Virus record (IMG/VR): IMGVR_UViG_3300048592_000616
Span: 9,424-73,423 of that record
Length of the DNA stretch: 64,000 bases
Source of the DNA: a virus
Reading direction: 5' to 3' (one strand)
This document shows positions 1-9,251 of the stretch, piece by piece (the stretch's first letter is position 1; every line of letters starts with the position of its first letter). The notes beneath the pieces are model-generated. The model was not told where the DNA came from, did no database searches, and saw nothing but the letters and a program-made list of their open reading frames with translations. The position numbers were made by a program, and so were the translations under genes.

Positions 1-1070
1 CCTTCAAGCATATTGCTATCATGCCGGACAGCCACCAGGGGTATGGTATGCCCATTGGCGGCGTTCTGGCGACGCAGCACTACATCGTCCCCAATGCTGT
101 CGGGGTAGACATCGGCTGCGGCATGTGCGCCGTCAGGACGAACCTGGACCATGTGGAGCGAGACTCGCTTAAGGCTGTCATGGGGCGCGTGAGGCAGACG
201 GTGCCGGTCGGGTTCAACTCGCACGAGACGGTCCAAAGCATCCCGCTGGAACCGACCGGCAAAGTCAGCGACCTCGTTCAGCGCCTGTGGGATCAGGCCC
301 TATTCCAGGCCGGGACGCTCGGCGGCGGCAACCACTTCATTGAGTTCCAGGCCGGATCGGACGGCTACGTGTGGATCATGATCCATAGTGGATCGCGCGG
401 ACTCGGCTTCAAAACGGCCGGGCACTACGCCAAGCTGGCCGAGGAGACCAACACGCGGTACTTCTCATCGGTTGATCCTAAGCAGGGGTTGTCATTCCTG
501 CCGTTCGACGACGCGGCCGGTCGGCAGTACTTCGAGGACATGAAGTTCTGCACAGAGTACGCCTACCACAACCGCCGTCTGATGCTGGACAGAATTCAGG
601 AGGCGCTTGCCGAAGTCGTGCCGTCAGTTACGTTCTCGCCGGAGATAAACCTGCCGCACAACTACGCCGCCTTTGAGAACCACTTCGGGCAGAACGTTAT
701 CGTTCATCGGAAGGGCGCGACGCAGGCCAAGGCGGGCCAGGTCGGCATCATCCCCGGCTCACAGGGTTCCGCGTCGTACATCGTCGTTGGCAAGGGTAAC
801 CCTGACAGCTTTGAGTCCTGTTCGCACGGCGCGGGCCGCCGCATGGGGCGCAACGTGGCGCGAAAGACCTTGGACTTTGAGGGCGAGACCGAGCGGTTGA
901 ATGAGATGGGCGTGCTACACGCCATTCGCGGCGTTGGCGATCTGGATGAGGCCCCCGGTGCATACAAGGACATCGAGACGGTGATGCTTAACCAAGAGGA
1001 CCTGGTCGAGCGCTCGGTTCGGTTGGTGCCGCTGGGCGTCATCAAGAGTTCGGACGGTGGTTATGACTGA
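1..1070 (+). CDS. rtcB: RtcB-family RNA ligase (5' truncated by window)
   Basis: Motifs MPDxHxGYGMPIGG, GVDIGCGM, GTLGGGNHFIE, HSGSRG, HRKGA, SHGAGR, DEAPGAYK; the frame is open upstream of the ATG at 21 to the window edge. Confidence 0.95.
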   Translation, partial: FKHIAIMPDSHQGYGMPIGGVLATQHYIVPNAVGVDIGCGMCAVRTNLDHVERDSLKAVMGRVRQTVPVGFNSHETVQSIPLEPTGKVSDLVQRLWDQALFQAGTLGGGNHFIEFQAGSDGYVWIMIHSGSRGLGFKTAGHYAKLAEETNTRYFSSVDPKQGLSFLPFDDAAGRQYFEDMKFCTEYAYHNRRLMLDRIQEALAEVVPSVTFSPEINLPHNYAAFENHFGQNVIVHRKGATQAKAGQVGIIPGSQGSASYIVVGKGNPDSFESCSHGAGRRMGRNVARKTLDFEGETERLNEMGVLHAIRGVGDLDEAPGAYKDIETVMLNQEDLVERSVRLVPLGVIKSSDGGYD

Positions 1071-1914
1071 CACACCGGCCGCACAAAGCCGCCAGCTGCG
1101 CGAGGTGCGGGTGAGCGTTGACGGCCGTGACGTCGGCATCATCCACCCCACCGACGTCACGATAACGCCACTGCCGGTGCAGTTCGACGCGGACGTTGCT
1201 GACGGTCTTCGGCCGTTCGAGGCGGCCGCGCCGATCTTGGAACCCGTATCGTTTTCAGTGACCAGCCAGATGACGGACAAAACGGCTCGCGTGCTGTTTG
1301 GTCAAAAGGAGCACAACCCCGTGACTGACTTTATCGACATCACCAACCCGACCGCACTGCAGGCTCACAAAGACGACTGGGTCTGCGACGAATACGACCG
1401 GCTCTCCGAAGACGTATACGACGCCTATATGGACTCGTTGATCGCCCATATCAGCTACGTCCGCGAGGCTGGGTTGCGACTGCGCGTGCCCGATCTTCTT
1501 TTGCAAGGGCACGATCAAAGCAAGTTCAGCGGCCGAGAGTTCTATGGCTACGCCATGCACTTTCAAGGCGGTGGCGCACCGGCCGCGTTCGCGCGGGCAT
1601 GGCTGCATCACATCCATCACAACCCGCATCATTGGCAGCATTGGCTGTTTGCCGACGGGTTCACGCCGAAAGGCAGCGACGTCGAGAACGGCGCTGTGCC
1701 GATGCCGGGCATGTATGCGCTGGAAATGGTGGCCGACTGGTTGGGCGCTGGCCGGACGTATACGGGATCGTGGGACATGACCGAGTGGCTGGAGGTGAAC
1801 GTGCCGCGCATTCGCGTTCACAGCGCCACGGCCGTTTACCTGGCCAGGATATTGAACGACCTCGGTTACCGTGTGGACCCGGCCGCCTTTGGGTCCGCCC
1901 TCAAGCAAGGGTAG
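1057..1914 (+). CDS. HD-like phage protein (DUF5662-like)
   Basis: HDQSK, HHIHHNPHHWQHW and EMVADW motifs in the C-terminal half; true start uncertain. Confidence 0.7.
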   Translation: MVMTDTPAAQSRQLREVRVSVDGRDVGIIHPTDVTITPLPVQFDADVADGLRPFEAAAPILEPVSFSVTSQMTDKTARVLFGQKEHNPVTDFIDITNPTALQAHKDDWVCDEYDRLSEDVYDAYMDSLIAHISYVREAGLRLRVPDLLLQGHDQSKFSGREFYGYAMHFQGGGAPAAFARAWLHHIHHNPHHWQHWLFADGFTPKGSDVENGAVPMPGMYALEMVADWLGAGRTYTGSWDMTEWLEVNVPRIRVHSATAVYLARILNDLGYRVDPAAFGSALKQG

Positions 1915-1917
1915 TCA

Positions 1918-2430
1918 ATGGGACGCTTTTTATTTGCCCTGGTCGGTTGCGTGGGTTTGCTGCTTATTGCGGCTAGTTCCGTTATCGCCATGCCCGCCGA
2001 CCCGCCGCCCCCGCCGCCCGCGCGGCCGCCGGGGCTGTTCATCACCGTCTACGACTGGTCGCTGGGCGGCATCAATTGCAATGAGGACTGCGGGCAGACC
2101 TCGCTGACGACGACCGGGCCGGAGTTGTTCGGGTGGACGGCCGCTTGCCCCGTCGCGTGGTTAGGGCACATCAACACGACCGTCGTGACGATCTGGGGCC
2201 AGGAATACTGGTGTATTGATGCGTTCGGCGACGAAGTCAACCAGCGGCTGACGACGGTCAACGGCCGCCGGGTGTATCGCATCGACATCGCCGACAGCCC
2301 GCCAGCCGCGCACCCGTGGAACCAGGAGTGGGTGCCGTGGGGCGACTGGTCGAAGGAGTGGCGGCCGATGGCTGAATTCAACGAAATTCGCGAAGCGCGA
2401 CGGGCGGCGACGGCCGTCCTGGGAGACTGA
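1918..2430 (+). CDS. Secreted/membrane protein with degenerate 3D/DPBB-like domain
   Basis: Signal peptide, Pro linker, then ITVY...AACP...G.VVTI...CID...RIDI pattern resembling 3D domains. Confidence 0.45.
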   Translation: MGRFLFALVGCVGLLLIAASSVIAMPADPPPPPPARPPGLFITVYDWSLGGINCNEDCGQTSLTTTGPELFGWTAACPVAWLGHINTTVVTIWGQEYWCIDAFGDEVNQRLTTVNGRRVYRIDIADSPPAAHPWNQEWVPWGDWSKEWRPMAEFNEIREARRAATAVLGD

Positions 2431-2436
2431 ACCGGG

Positions 2437-2670
2437 ATGACGGCTCCCGCATTCCCCGACCAGCCGCCGCCCGTGGGCGAGAGCGACGTGGTCCTGCCAG
2501 TGGTGGTGGCCGCGCTGACAGCCCGCGCCGAACAGGGGCGCGTCAAGTACGGCACCTACCTGCGGGTCCGCAACGGCCGCGACCCGTTGATCGACGCCTG
2601 GCAAGAAGCGGCCGACCTGCTGATGTACCTGACCCAGGCCATCATGGAGCGCGACGGTTCGCTGCCGTGA
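2437..2670 (+). CDS. Small all-alpha NTP pyrophosphohydrolase-like phage protein
   Basis: RAEQGRVKYG...DAWQEAADLLMYL pattern (ExxD helix). Confidence 0.5.
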   Translation: MTAPAFPDQPPPVGESDVVLPVVVAALTARAEQGRVKYGTYLRVRNGRDPLIDAWQEAADLLMYLTQAIMERDGSLP

Positions 2671-2719
2671 CAACGACGACGCTTTGCGCTATCGTTGCGG
2701 CCACACGGAGGTAGACGCG

Positions 2720-3292
2720 ATGAGACTCAAACTGGTTGGAGTTGCTTTGATGATGTTGGCTGTGCTGGCCGCGTGCGGCGGCGCGGCCGATGGCGAGGCG
2801 TCGGCCGTGGCCACGGTGCCGCCAACGGTTACCGCGCGGCCGACGCCGACCGCGACGCCCGTGCGGCTGCCGGAGACGGCCGACGCGCTATGCCGGTGGA
2901 TCGGCAACCAAATTCTGGTAGAGCCTGACCGGCTGACCGAGTGCGCGGTGGATGACGAACGTGCTTCCAGCGCCTGGCTGCGGATCGCTTATCGCATGGA
3001 TCGCGGCGCGATGGACCGGGCGGCGCTGCTGACGGCGGCCGAGGTGTCCGAAATTCTGCACACCCTGACCGAGGTCGGATACCAGGACTATGCCCGCGTC
3101 GAGATCGTCGCCACCTACCCCACCAAGGACAAGTTCGGCAACACCGAGGAGACGGCCGCCTTCCGGGCCGACTGGGCACTCTCGACGCTGGACAAAGTGA
3201 ACTGGGCGGGCATCGACTTCCCGGCGCTGCTGGACCTATCGTCGCCGCCGCGCCTGGAGATGTCTGACGCCTTCGCGGCCGCCATCCGCTGA
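2720..3292 (+). CDS. Lipoprotein
   Basis: RBS ACGGAGG, lipobox LAAC, PTATP linker. Confidence 0.7.
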   Translation: MRLKLVGVALMMLAVLAACGGAADGEASAVATVPPTVTARPTPTATPVRLPETADALCRWIGNQILVEPDRLTECAVDDERASSAWLRIAYRMDRGAMDRAALLTAAEVSEILHTLTEVGYQDYARVEIVATYPTKDKFGNTEETAAFRADWALSTLDKVNWAGIDFPALLDLSSPPRLEMSDAFAAAIR

Positions 3293-3341
3293 CCCGACTC
3301 CCCCCACCCTGCCCCAGGCCGTTTCGCTGTCGCTGAAAATT

Positions 3342-3355
3342 AGAACATATGTACG
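3342..3355. promoter_or_regulatory. LexA/SOS-like box
   Basis: AGAACATATGTACG, matching the GAAC-N4-GTTC (Cheo-type) box with one mismatch. Confidence 0.55.
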
Positions 3356-3414
3356 CTGCCGGTTTGGCGGCCCGGCCGCGTTGCGCATCGTTGCCACCAG
3401 TTTCCACCAGTTGG

Positions 3415-3444
3415 TTGACAGGCCGTCGCGTTATATGTTATGAT
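3415..3444 (+). promoter_or_regulatory. Sigma70-type promoter with TATG-N7-CATA operator
   Basis: TTGACA-N18-TATGAT with TG extension. Confidence 0.7.
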
Positions 3445-3505
3445 GTGGTCATACCAAACGAACAGGGCAGCGCCCCGCTAGGGCCGAAAGGCAAGGAGAC
3501 CTGAG

Positions 3506-3748
3506 ATGCAAAACCCAACCGTAGCTTCTGACTTGAGCCGAACCAACGCCGAGCTAACCGTCCGCGCCATGCGGCACGCCTCCCCGATGGTCAGCCCGCG
3601 AGTATTCGCGGAGGGCAACGAGGAGGACACTTACCGGGTGGACGTGATAGGGTACATGAGCACGACCGGTCACCATAGCATCGCCATGTGGGCGAAGGGC
3701 TTCACCACCGCCCTGGAGATCGCGGCGACGGACATGGTGGCGAAATGA
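3506..3748 (+). CDS. Hypothetical protein
   Basis: RBS AAGGAG; overlaps the next gene (ATGA). Confidence 0.6.
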   Translation: MQNPTVASDLSRTNAELTVRAMRHASPMVSPRVFAEGNEEDTYRVDVIGYMSTTGHHSIAMWAKGFTTALEIAATDMVAK

Positions 3749-3990
3749 GCCAGCTATTGCACGAGGTCGAGCGGGTCTTTGCCCGCGTGGTCAACAAGGA
3801 GATCGGCGGCGGCAACATCGAGGTCTCGATGAACGGCCTGGCCGACGGCCGGATGCAGGTCTGCATATGCGGCCCGCTGGCCGACGTAGAGGCGGCCGCG
3901 CCGGTGCTGGCCGAGACGGGGCTGGCGCTCCTCGACGAGACCGTATTCCCCGACGATCCCGAATTCAAGTACATGCGCTGGGCTAAGTAG
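3745..3990 (+). CDS. Hypothetical protein
   Basis: ATGA coupling; protein-like composition. Confidence 0.6.
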   Translation: MSQLLHEVERVFARVVNKEIGGGNIEVSMNGLADGRMQVCICGPLADVEAAAPVLAETGLALLDETVFPDDPEFKYMRWAK

Positions 3991-4014
3991 GGACCGGCGC
4001 GCAAAGGAGACACC

Positions 4015-4272
4015 GTGAGCAGCATTGATCGATACATCGAGGTTTGGAAGGACGGCGACCCGGAGGATACCACCGAGTGGCTGGTGCTGCTGATGCAAGG
4101 CGGCCAGCTGCCGGAGCCGCCGGATGCAGTCGATGTGCTGGGCACCTTCCCCACCCTCAATGAGGCCCGCGCCTTCGCCGGGCGCGAGGCGGCCGAGCGT
4201 GGGCTGGAGGTATTCGAGGAGGACTTGGGCGGCGGGTATCCCCCGGCCGCGTGGGAGGCGCGGCCGTCATGA
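4015..4272 (+). CDS. Hypothetical protein
   Basis: RBS AAGGAG, GTG start. Confidence 0.6.
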   Translation: MSSIDRYIEVWKDGDPEDTTEWLVLLMQGGQLPEPPDAVDVLGTFPTLNEARAFAGREAAERGLEVFEEDLGGGYPPAAWEARPS

Positions 4273-4652
4273 GTCTTTGCGACTTCCACCAGTGCGACCT
4301 GTGTATCTATGTGTCCCCAGCGGGCATTGAGTGCCACGTGGCGGCCGATCGGCGGGTGCAAGAGATAGGACCGGAGCCGCCCCTGCCCAGCCTGACGGCC
4401 GATGACCACGAGTGGGCCGAGTGGCGTCGCCTTTTCCACAAGTACGCCAATGAGATATTCTCGGGCGAGACCCAGCCCATCGGCGGTCCGCGCGACGGGG
4501 AACACCGCACCTTCCAGACGTGGGCCGACTTGCTGGCCTATGTGGGCGACGTGGCGGCCGATGGGTACCGCGTGCCGGACTGGGTGGTTGGGACTATCCA
4601 GAGGGAGGTGGGCAATTCGCCGCAAGCCGCACCGGCCGATAAAATACCCTAG
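4269..4652 (+). CDS. Hypothetical protein
   Basis: ATGA coupling, RBS GGAGG. Confidence 0.55.
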   Translation: MSLCDFHQCDLCIYVSPAGIECHVAADRRVQEIGPEPPLPSLTADDHEWAEWRRLFHKYANEIFSGETQPIGGPRDGEHRTFQTWADLLAYVGDVAADGYRVPDWVVGTIQREVGNSPQAAPADKIP

Positions 4653-4875
4653 CAGACTACTAACTCAAGGCCAGAAGGGCGAGACCGATGTCTCGCCTTT
4701 CTGCATCCAGGTCGCGGTTGGGATGTATGACTTTCCGCAACAACCCGACCCTGTGTAATTTTGGCCCGTTTTTTACAATGACCACCGCGGCCGTTGTAGC
4801 CGAATACACTGCCTGCCCGGTTTGCGTCTTGACGGGGCGCGGGCTTTGCGGTAGTGTATCGGAGGACTAACCAAG

Positions 4876-4955
4876 CAAGGCTTGGCATGGCCAGGCAAGG
4901 CGGGGCCAGGCCTGGCGGGGCGAGGCCCGGCCTGGCGAGGCCCGGCATGGCAGGG
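4876..4955 (+). repeat. Tandem array of 16 CNNGG pentamers
   Basis: caagg cttgg catgg ccagg caagg cgggg ccagg cctgg cgggg cgagg cccgg cctgg cgagg cccgg catgg caggg. Confidence 0.9.
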
Positions 4956-4987
4956 AAAAAGGGGACGGCTTTCTGCCGTCCCCTTTT
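4956..4987. terminator. Bidirectional intrinsic terminator
   Basis: AAAAGGGGACGGC-tttct-GCCGTCCCCTTTT. Confidence 0.85.
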
Positions 4988-4993
4988 CGTTTC

Positions 4994-7900
4994 TCACTCC
5001 GCGCAGGTGATGACCTGGCGGCGGTTGTCCGGCCGCTGGCCCGGCGCGTGGGCCTCGCTGATCTCGCTGCGCTGGCCGTCGGCCTTCGTCCAGGTCACCA
5101 GCCCGTACATCCGCGAGAAGGTCCACGTCTCCTCGACGCGGCCGTTGGGCAGCAGCCACTGCAAGAGGATGCAGTCCCCAACGAATATCCCATTGACCAT
5201 CATTGCCTTCTGCGCGGCCGCCAGGCGGATCGTTGACGGCTGGCGGCGCTCCTCGGTCGTTTGGCAGTCGGCGATCCGCTGCCAGCGCACGAGCGGGTTA
5301 CGCGGGAACGTCTCCCCCACGGCCATCCGGCGCGGTGCCCAGACGCTGCCATAGACCCCCGGCGCGCCATAGAGCGTGTACATCATCCCGCCGCCCGGCG
5401 ACGTGTCGCGGCCGCGATAGATGGCCTTGTCGTCCGCGCCGAAATGCTCCCACTCGGCCGATAGCTCGTTGCCCTTCGTCAGGTAGTACCAGCCCGGCCG
5501 GTGCGGGTCGCGCTGGGTCTGGTGGCGCGCCTGGCTGCCGCTGCTGTGGCGCACCTCGAAGAGCGGCCCACGGCCGTCCGGGCCGAGCATCCCGGTCATG
5601 TAGGGCAGGAGGTCGATCTTGGTCGGGTCGGGTGGCTGCGGCTCCGGCTTCGGCGGCTGAGGCTTGGGTGGCGTCGGCGTTGGCGTCGGTGGTTTCGGCG
5701 CGGGCAGCGCGTCCTCCGGCCCGACGACGCGGACGGCGTCCCACTCCCCCACCGGCGCGTAGTAGACCAGCGTCTCCCCGGCCCGGCCGCCCGCGCGGCG
5801 GTAGGCATAGCTCACGCCGTCGATGACCTCGCGCTGCTCATCGGAGAGCGGATAGAGACCGTCCTCCAGCATCGCCGCCTGCAAAGCGAAGGTCGGCGTG
5901 TTGGCGATCCCCGGCGCGGCCGTGCCCAGCCGCCACATTGTCTCGGCCAGCGTCGGCGGCCTCGGCTCCGGCACGCCGCGCGGGATGAGGTACGCGGCCA
6001 GGTCGTCCGCCGTGCCGTTGAAGCGGTTCAGGTCGATCCGGGCGCTTGACGCGCCATAGCTCGGCCCGTGGCCGTCGTTGGCGTACTGCCAGAAGGTCCA
6101 GCCCCGGCCGCTGGCCCACGGCTCCGGCACGAGCGGCCGCGTGCCCTTGGTCCAGTTGGCGATCCATAGGTCGAAGGCCGCGCCCCATTTCGGCGCGCCC
6201 AGGGCCGAGCGCCAGTAGCTGTAGTTGGTATAGAGGATCGGCAGCCGGTCGATACCCATCTCGTCGAGGCGTACTTGCAGGCGCTCCAGGAACTCCAACA
6301 CAAACGCCGCCCGCTCGGTCACGGTCAGGCCGTTGAAGTTCCCGTCCTCCAGGTCCAGCACCGGCGGTAGGTCGCAGCCGTGCCGCTCGATGACGGCCGC
6401 GAACGTCTCCACCTGCTCCTTGGGCGGATCGAAGAAGTGCAGGTAGTGGTAGAAGCCATAGGGTAGCCCGGCCGCCATCGCCGCCGGGGCATACTCGTCC
6501 ACCCGCTCGTCCTGGTGCTTGCCATACGACGCGCGGATGAAGGCGAAGTCAACCTTGGCGGCCGCCTTGCCAAAGTCCATCGCCCCCTGCCACTTGGAGA
6601 CGTCGATCCCGATGACCTCGCCGCCCGGCTCCGGCTTCGGCGGTTCGGGCTTCGGCGGTTCCGGCGCGGGCGGTTCGGGTTCGGTGACGGCCGCGCGCAG
6701 GGACCAGCCGTCCAGGAAGAAATTGTTGGAAATGCCCCACTCGGCCGACATGTGGACGGCCAGCTTGAGCGGCCCGCCGCCGTGGGTGAAGGCGGTCGAT
6801 ATCTCGCGGTAGACCGGCCCGGTCGCGGCCGCAGGCCAGATGTCCAGCGGCCCGGCGACGGCCTGGTCGTTGACCTTGAGCGTATAGCGCGCCGAGTTGG
6901 TCTCCACCCGGTAGTCGCGCTTCTTGTCCGTCATGCGGTAGAAGTCCAGCCAGCCGCGCCACGTGAACACGTACCGACCAGCCGGTAGGTCGGGGAACTC
7001 CTGGACCAGGCGCGCCCAGAACGGTCGCCCGCCCGCGAACAGCTTGTAACACCACTGCCCATCGCGGATGAACCGCGCCGCCTCGTCGGCCGGTAGCTGC
7101 GCGGCCGACTTGTGGACGCCCTCCGGCTCGCCATACGCCTGGCCGGAGATCGGCGACTTGCCCGTATTCCAGGCGAAGCGCCAGCCGCGCGGCTGCTGGC
7201 TGGACTGGCTGATGTCGTCCCAGCCGCCCTCAAAGCCGGGGTTGGCGAGTAGCTCGGCCGTGCCCGGCGTGGGTGGCTTCGGCGGGTCCACCGGCGACGG
7301 CGTTGGCGCGTTGTCTTTGATGCGGTCCAGCAGGGCAACCTCGACGGCCGTGCCGGAGATGTCCCACTCCTTCCACACGCCCACGCTCCCCACCGTAAAC
7401 ACGGCCGCGCCGACCACATAGTCATCCTCGCGGATGCGCCGGTCATACCAGGCCAGCATGTCGGCGTACTTCTGTGGGTCCAGACCCATCGCCCGCCATG
7501 ACCCCACCGGCGCGCCCTTCGGCGTCACCGAGGCCACATCGTCACACCCGGCCTCGGTGATGATGAGCTGCGTGTCCCCCAGTCCGGCCGGGGCCAACAC
7601 CGTGTCCCACACGTAGCGATAGCGCAGGGCAGCCCAGCCCCAGGGATAAGAGCGGTCAGGGCGGCCGTGCCACACATCGGCCGTCAGGTTGCCGTTGGCG
7701 TCCACCTGTTTCCAGCCTACCCCATAGTCGGCCTCGTAGCCCATGTACTCGTGGAGGGCGATGTAGTGGCCGTTGTCGCGGGCGTGGCGAACGGCCGGGA
7801 GCAGATGAGGCCAGATGTCCATGCTTGGCGTGCCCACGGCGAAGCTGAAGTTGGCCCGCTTCTTGCCGATGGACTCATACAGCTTCATCATCTCGATGCA

Positions 7901-8278
7901 GTAGGCGCTGTACCAGGCCGCCTCATTCGCGTTGTCCGGGGGTATCTCGTTGTCATCCTCCCACACGTCAATGCGCGGGTTGGCGGTGTAGCGGTTGACC
8001 CGCGGCCGGTTAGCCCCGGCGTAGATGTCGGTCTGCGCCGCGAACCGCACCGCGGCCGCGGCCTTCGGCGTCTCGCCGCGGTGCATCAGCGCCTTCCAGT
8101 CGGTCAACCCCAGGGCGTCGTCCTGCTGGTCCAGCTTGCCGACAACGAGCGGACCGGCCGGGACAGACGATGACGCCCCCAGCCCCATCGGGTCGAACTT
8201 GTAGAGCACCGGCCCGGCCCCGATCCACTTTGCCAGACCGGGCGAACCGATAAAGTGCGGCCCCAGCTTACTTGACAT
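4994..8278 (-). CDS. Multi-domain cell-wall hydrolase/endolysin: N-terminal GH-A-like TIM barrel, carbohydrate-binding-like domain, GH25 muramidase, C-terminal domains
   Basis: GH25 motifs GIDVSKWQG, GFYHY, VLDLE, LWIANW, FWQY, IDLN; N-terminal DNE/ALHEY/ITEAG motifs; Pro-rich linkers; RBS GGAGGA before the ATG at 8278. Confidence 0.8.
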   Translation of the reverse strand: MSSKLGPHFIGSPGLAKWIGAGPVLYKFDPMGLGASSSVPAGPLVVGKLDQQDDALGLTDWKALMHRGETPKAAAAVRFAAQTDIYAGANRPRVNRYTANPRIDVWEDDNEIPPDNANEAAWYSAYCIEMMKLYESIGKKRANFSFAVGTPSMDIWPHLLPAVRHARDNGHYIALHEYMGYEADYGVGWKQVDANGNLTADVWHGRPDRSYPWGWAALRYRYVWDTVLAPAGLGDTQLIITEAGCDDVASVTPKGAPVGSWRAMGLDPQKYADMLAWYDRRIREDDYVVGAAVFTVGSVGVWKEWDISGTAVEVALLDRIKDNAPTPSPVDPPKPPTPGTAELLANPGFEGGWDDISQSSQQPRGWRFAWNTGKSPISGQAYGEPEGVHKSAAQLPADEAARFIRDGQWCYKLFAGGRPFWARLVQEFPDLPAGRYVFTWRGWLDFYRMTDKKRDYRVETNSARYTLKVNDQAVAGPLDIWPAAATGPVYREISTAFTHGGGPLKLAVHMSAEWGISNNFFLDGWSLRAAVTEPEPPAPEPPKPEPPKPEPGGEVIGIDVSKWQGAMDFGKAAAKVDFAFIRASYGKHQDERVDEYAPAAMAAGLPYGFYHYLHFFDPPKEQVETFAAVIERHGCDLPPVLDLEDGNFNGLTVTERAAFVLEFLERLQVRLDEMGIDRLPILYTNYSYWRSALGAPKWGAAFDLWIANWTKGTRPLVPEPWASGRGWTFWQYANDGHGPSYGASSARIDLNRFNGTADDLAAYLIPRGVPEPRPPTLAETMWRLGTAAPGIANTPTFALQAAMLEDGLYPLSDEQREVIDGVSYAYRRAGGRAGETLVYYAPVGEWDAVRVVGPEDALPAPKPPTPTPTPPKPQPPKPEPQPPDPTKIDLLPYMTGMLGPDGRGPLFEVRHSSGSQARHQTQRDPHRPGWYYLTKGNELSAEWEHFGADDKAIYRGRDTSPGGGMMYTLYGAPGVYGSVWAPRRMAVGETFPRNPLVRWQRIADCQTTEERRQPSTIRLAAAQKAMMVNGIFVGDCILLQWLLPNGRVEETWTFSRMYGLVTWTKADGQRSEISEAHAPGQRPDNRRQVITCAE

Positions 8279-8524
8279 GGCATCCTCCCACGGCCGCTGC
8301 GAGGCGGCCACTGTCTCCCCCTGCTCCCGTCGTCAATTCCCGTCTGTCGCTCGAATTCATGACATCCACCTCCGGCCGATATTGTATCACAACGGTTGCG
8401 GATGGTTGCGAAGTCGGCCGGTTGGTTGCGGATTTGGGCAGCGGCCGCCCGGCACATGAACCTTACCTATACGAAGGAACAGACCGCAACCGGCGCGAAC
8501 CGGGAAGTTGATGGTTGCAGTTGG

Positions 8525-8553
8525 TTGACAAGGGGTGCAGGTTATGGTATGAT
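8525..8553 (+). promoter_or_regulatory. Sigma70-type promoter with TATG-N7-CATA operator
   Basis: TTGACA-N17-TATGAT, TG extension. Confidence 0.75.
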
Positions 8554-8597
8554 ACTGTCATACTAAACGACAGGCACCCGCCCTAAAGGAGACCGAG

Positions 8598-8945
8598 ATG
8601 AGCCAGTTTTTCTACACCATAGCTTCCTACCGCAGCGTTGATGAGTTGAGCGGCCGTGAGGCGGCGCAGATCGCCGATGAGAATTGCACCGACTGCCACG
8701 GCGAAGGCCGGTACTACCAGGACGGCGACTGGGTGCCGTGGGGCAACGGCTGGGACAAGACCCCCGATGGCTACTGCATCTGCGGGTGTGTCGCCGAGGC
8801 ATGGGAGACCATGGCCGCGGAACTGAGCGAATTCGAGGACACCTGCGACGATGACGGCCCGTGGTCGCCGCGGATGCTGTACCTGATGGAGCGGTACGGT
8901 GATGAGGAGCAGCAGGCGGCCGCCCGCGCCCTGCTGACCGCGTAG
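8598..8945 (+). CDS. Hypothetical protein with CxxCxGxG Zn-finger motif
   Basis: CTDCHGEG...CICGC; RBS AAGGAG. Confidence 0.6.
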   Translation: MSQFFYTIASYRSVDELSGREAAQIADENCTDCHGEGRYYQDGDWVPWGNGWDKTPDGYCICGCVAEAWETMAAELSEFEDTCDDDGPWSPRMLYLMERYGDEEQQAAARALLTA

Positions 8946-9029
8946 CAGTTTCGGGGCGGCCCCTGCGGACCGCCCCACCCTATCAACCCAGCGGCCGCGG
9001 GCGGCCGCACAACAACAACGGAGGCAACG

Positions 9030-9251
9030 ATGGTTTTCAAGTATTGGTTCGACTTTGTAGTGACCGATGAGAACGGCGAGGAGTACGCCGCCTTGTTCCC
9101 GGTTGACATTGAGGCGTCTTCGGCGACGATGGCCGAGGCCCAGATGGCCGCCCTGTGGCGACATCACCTGTTGCCCGTGCTCCCGTCCGGCCGCGTGGGC
9201 GGCGGCTACTATCGCGAGGGCGAGTTGCCGGAGGGGTTCGAAGATGACTAG
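9030..9251 (+). CDS. Possible HicB-like antitoxin (N-terminal domain only)
   Basis: VVTDENGEEYAALFP...ATMAEAQ resembles the HicB pattern; overlaps the HicA-like gene; RBS ACGGAGG. Confidence 0.35.
   Translation: MVFKYWFDFVVTDENGEEYAALFPVDIEASSATMAEAQMAALWRHHLLPVLPSGRVGGGYYREGELPEGFEDD

Noticed and set aside
4876-4955. Pentamer array as a CRISPR array or as part of ORF 4854-5354
   Set aside because: Units are 5 nt with no spacers; the ORF runs through a terminator and antisense to the lysin gene
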